Assembly (NCBI GenBank): GCA_965198175.1
Contig: OZ240245.1
Location: 4,064,001 to 4,128,000 of the forward strand
Direction of reading: 5' to 3'
From: Candidatus Poribacteria bacterium
GTDB lineage: Bacteria > Poribacteria > WGA-4E > PCPOR2b
Length of the DNA stretch: 64,000 nucleotides
Shown: piece after piece, positions 63,501-64,000 of the stretch
How the letters are laid out: the number at the start of each line of letters is the position of its first letter
How positions within the stretch are numbered: the stretch's first letter is position 1
Notes under the pieces: model-generated
Database searches by the model: none
The model's input: the letters and a program-made list of their open reading frames with translations, nothing else
What the model was told of the DNA's origin: nothing
Program-made: the position numbers and the translations under genes

Positions 63501-64000
63501 TTCATTGGCAGAAGCGAGCGGCGGCGGGGTGACAGAGGCGGAGATTGCTACCCATGGGGCAACCGCGGGAAAATCGGTCGGAGATGATGTGTGGACATCC
63601 CGCAGACTCCCGCCTACGGGGGATGGGAATGTTGAGCAGATGCTTGGAGGCCGCATAGATGGCGCCATCGTCTATGGCACTGTGTCCCTTTACTCACCCC
63701 GGCAACAAGAAACGACGATGTATGTTGGCAGCCATAACAGTTTTAAGGTGTTACTCAACGGAGATCTGATTTACCAGTCCCTTGGTTACCATGCTTCGTT
63801 TGATTACACGGATTTTCTCCCGGTCACGCTTCGGCAGGGCAGAAATGTCTTGTTAGTGGCGATTGAAGCCAACTATAACTCCTTTTTTGGGTTTGAACCC
63901 GGCACCGAATACACGGTGGCAACCGGTATAGACTACGCCTTTTCCGAGACGCCAATCTACCTCGGCGATACTTTTACCTTCGATGTCCGCGCAGAAAATG
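60580..64000 (+). CDS. Large secreted protein with two c-type heme motifs, internalin-like LRRs and a probable cohesin-like domain; runs off the window
   Basis: AAGGAG-ATG at 60580; CLNCH and CFGCH; 22-aa repeats L..L....NQISD.SPLAGL; still in frame at the window end; absent from the ORF track because it has no stop. Confidence 0.9.
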   Translation, partial: MLEPSFHIRLIGARSHGIAFIALLWTLLVGSQHVYAQSQLAQDAYSIFEQNCLNCHGPEGAYREILLMDYVELIEGGTVVPGNPNASDLYKRLLGPTEDGGLQMPFGTDPLPTQSIDAIRRWILAGAPDWAAAPITDRPFISPDEILDAIEFHLMSLAPFDRAYARYLTLTHLYNAGERVELLQEYRKALSKLINSLSWGVEVTNPQPIDAQQTIFYIDLRHYEWDVNESWAKIEDVYPYHTSFGTPAQTALREQLDRLQTEMNCVIPSVHIDWFLAAASSPPLYHDLLSLPLTDSELETLLEVNVERNLVNAPGVRVWRAGFNNSGVSNNNRVVERHTSRYGAYWKSYDFATSTGTKNIFTHPLNFTRDGGEMIFNLPNGLQAYLIVDAFGVRLDEAPINIVSNPAASDPTVRNGISCFGCHTEGMNSFEDQVRSAIESHTNPPYDKEQALRLYVEKADMDARVEEDTTRYRVALEATGGQFGEVEPISRFHEVFQGPVDAAYAAAVVGLATETFLQKVRENMALQNLGLLALDAVNGSVKRDAWTSSFRDVMYVIEGGEPSVVTPPDELPGAHVSIPDSNLRAAIAETLGKSANAPITVEEMGKLRILDLRHNSVQDLTGLQHATKLTRLSIPHNQVSDLSPVKGLTNLTHLDVGDNQVSDLSQVAGLIDLEFLSIWGNNISDLSPITGLIELRELWARHNQASDLSPVKGLTNLTHLEVGDNQVSDISPVRNLKNLTALHIYRNQVSDISAVRDLTNLTHLDVGDNQVSDISPVRNLKNLTALHIYRNQVSDILPFAGLTGLNRSDLGQNDIQDISSLAGLINLTWLNVGDNDISNPTPLAGLTNLTWLSVYNNQISDISTLAGLTGLNHLDIGSNQISDVSPLAGLTNLKWLGVHINQISDVSPLAGLTNLKWLGVYNNEITDLSPLAGLRENTTVLSHGNPGFPTDAPKIEGPWLWVVVPDTRLLSGTDSLAEASGGGVTEAEIATHGATAGKSVGDDVWTSRRLPPTGDGNVEQMLGGRIDGAIVYGTVSLYSPRQQETTMYVGSHNSFKVLLNGDLIYQSLGYHASFDYTDFLPVTLRQGRNVLLVAIEANYNSFFGFEPGTEYTVATGIDYAFSETPIYLGDTFTFDVRAEN

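Noticed and set aside
60883..63668. Minus-strand ORFs listed in the track, and similar short antisense ORFs inside the large genes
   Set aside because: Shadow frames of well-supported genes on the other strand or in another frame

Overview
Bacterial window of roughly 50% GC. The gene repertoire (DUF6784/6785-like membrane protein, PhyH dioxygenase, LamG, FG-GAP protein ending in an NYPNPFNPETWIPY sorting-type domain, cytochrome c/LRR surface protein) suggests a Candidatus Poribacteria-like organism; this is inference only. Four zones. (1) 0.8-20 kb is a metal-homeostasis island: an IS5-family element, a TonB-receptor uptake operon led by a CxxC/RAPP leader peptide, and a CzcCBA-like RND efflux operon led by a second CxxC-bearing small ORF and a structured leader. 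(2) 20-29 kb is decayed accessory DNA: a triply inactivated R-M locus, tandem REPIN-like elements, hicB copies and many short spliced gene fragments. (3) 29-40.5 kb holds a reduced ImuB-like/DnaE2 cassette, orphan ORFs, a DUF3800 gene faced by a self-contained ~50-nt RNA with its own promoter and terminator, an IS1595 remnant and an FRG-TPR gene. (4) 41-64 kb is mostly core and envelope genes (sigma54 regulator, amidase, rsmA, RimK-like ligase, OmpA/SPOR, FG-GAP) and ends in a large LRR gene that runs off the window and is absent from the ORF track. The best candidates for undescribed biology are the DUF3800 plus convergent small RNA module and the paired metal-sensing leader ORFs. All family assignments come from motif recognition by eye; no searches were run.
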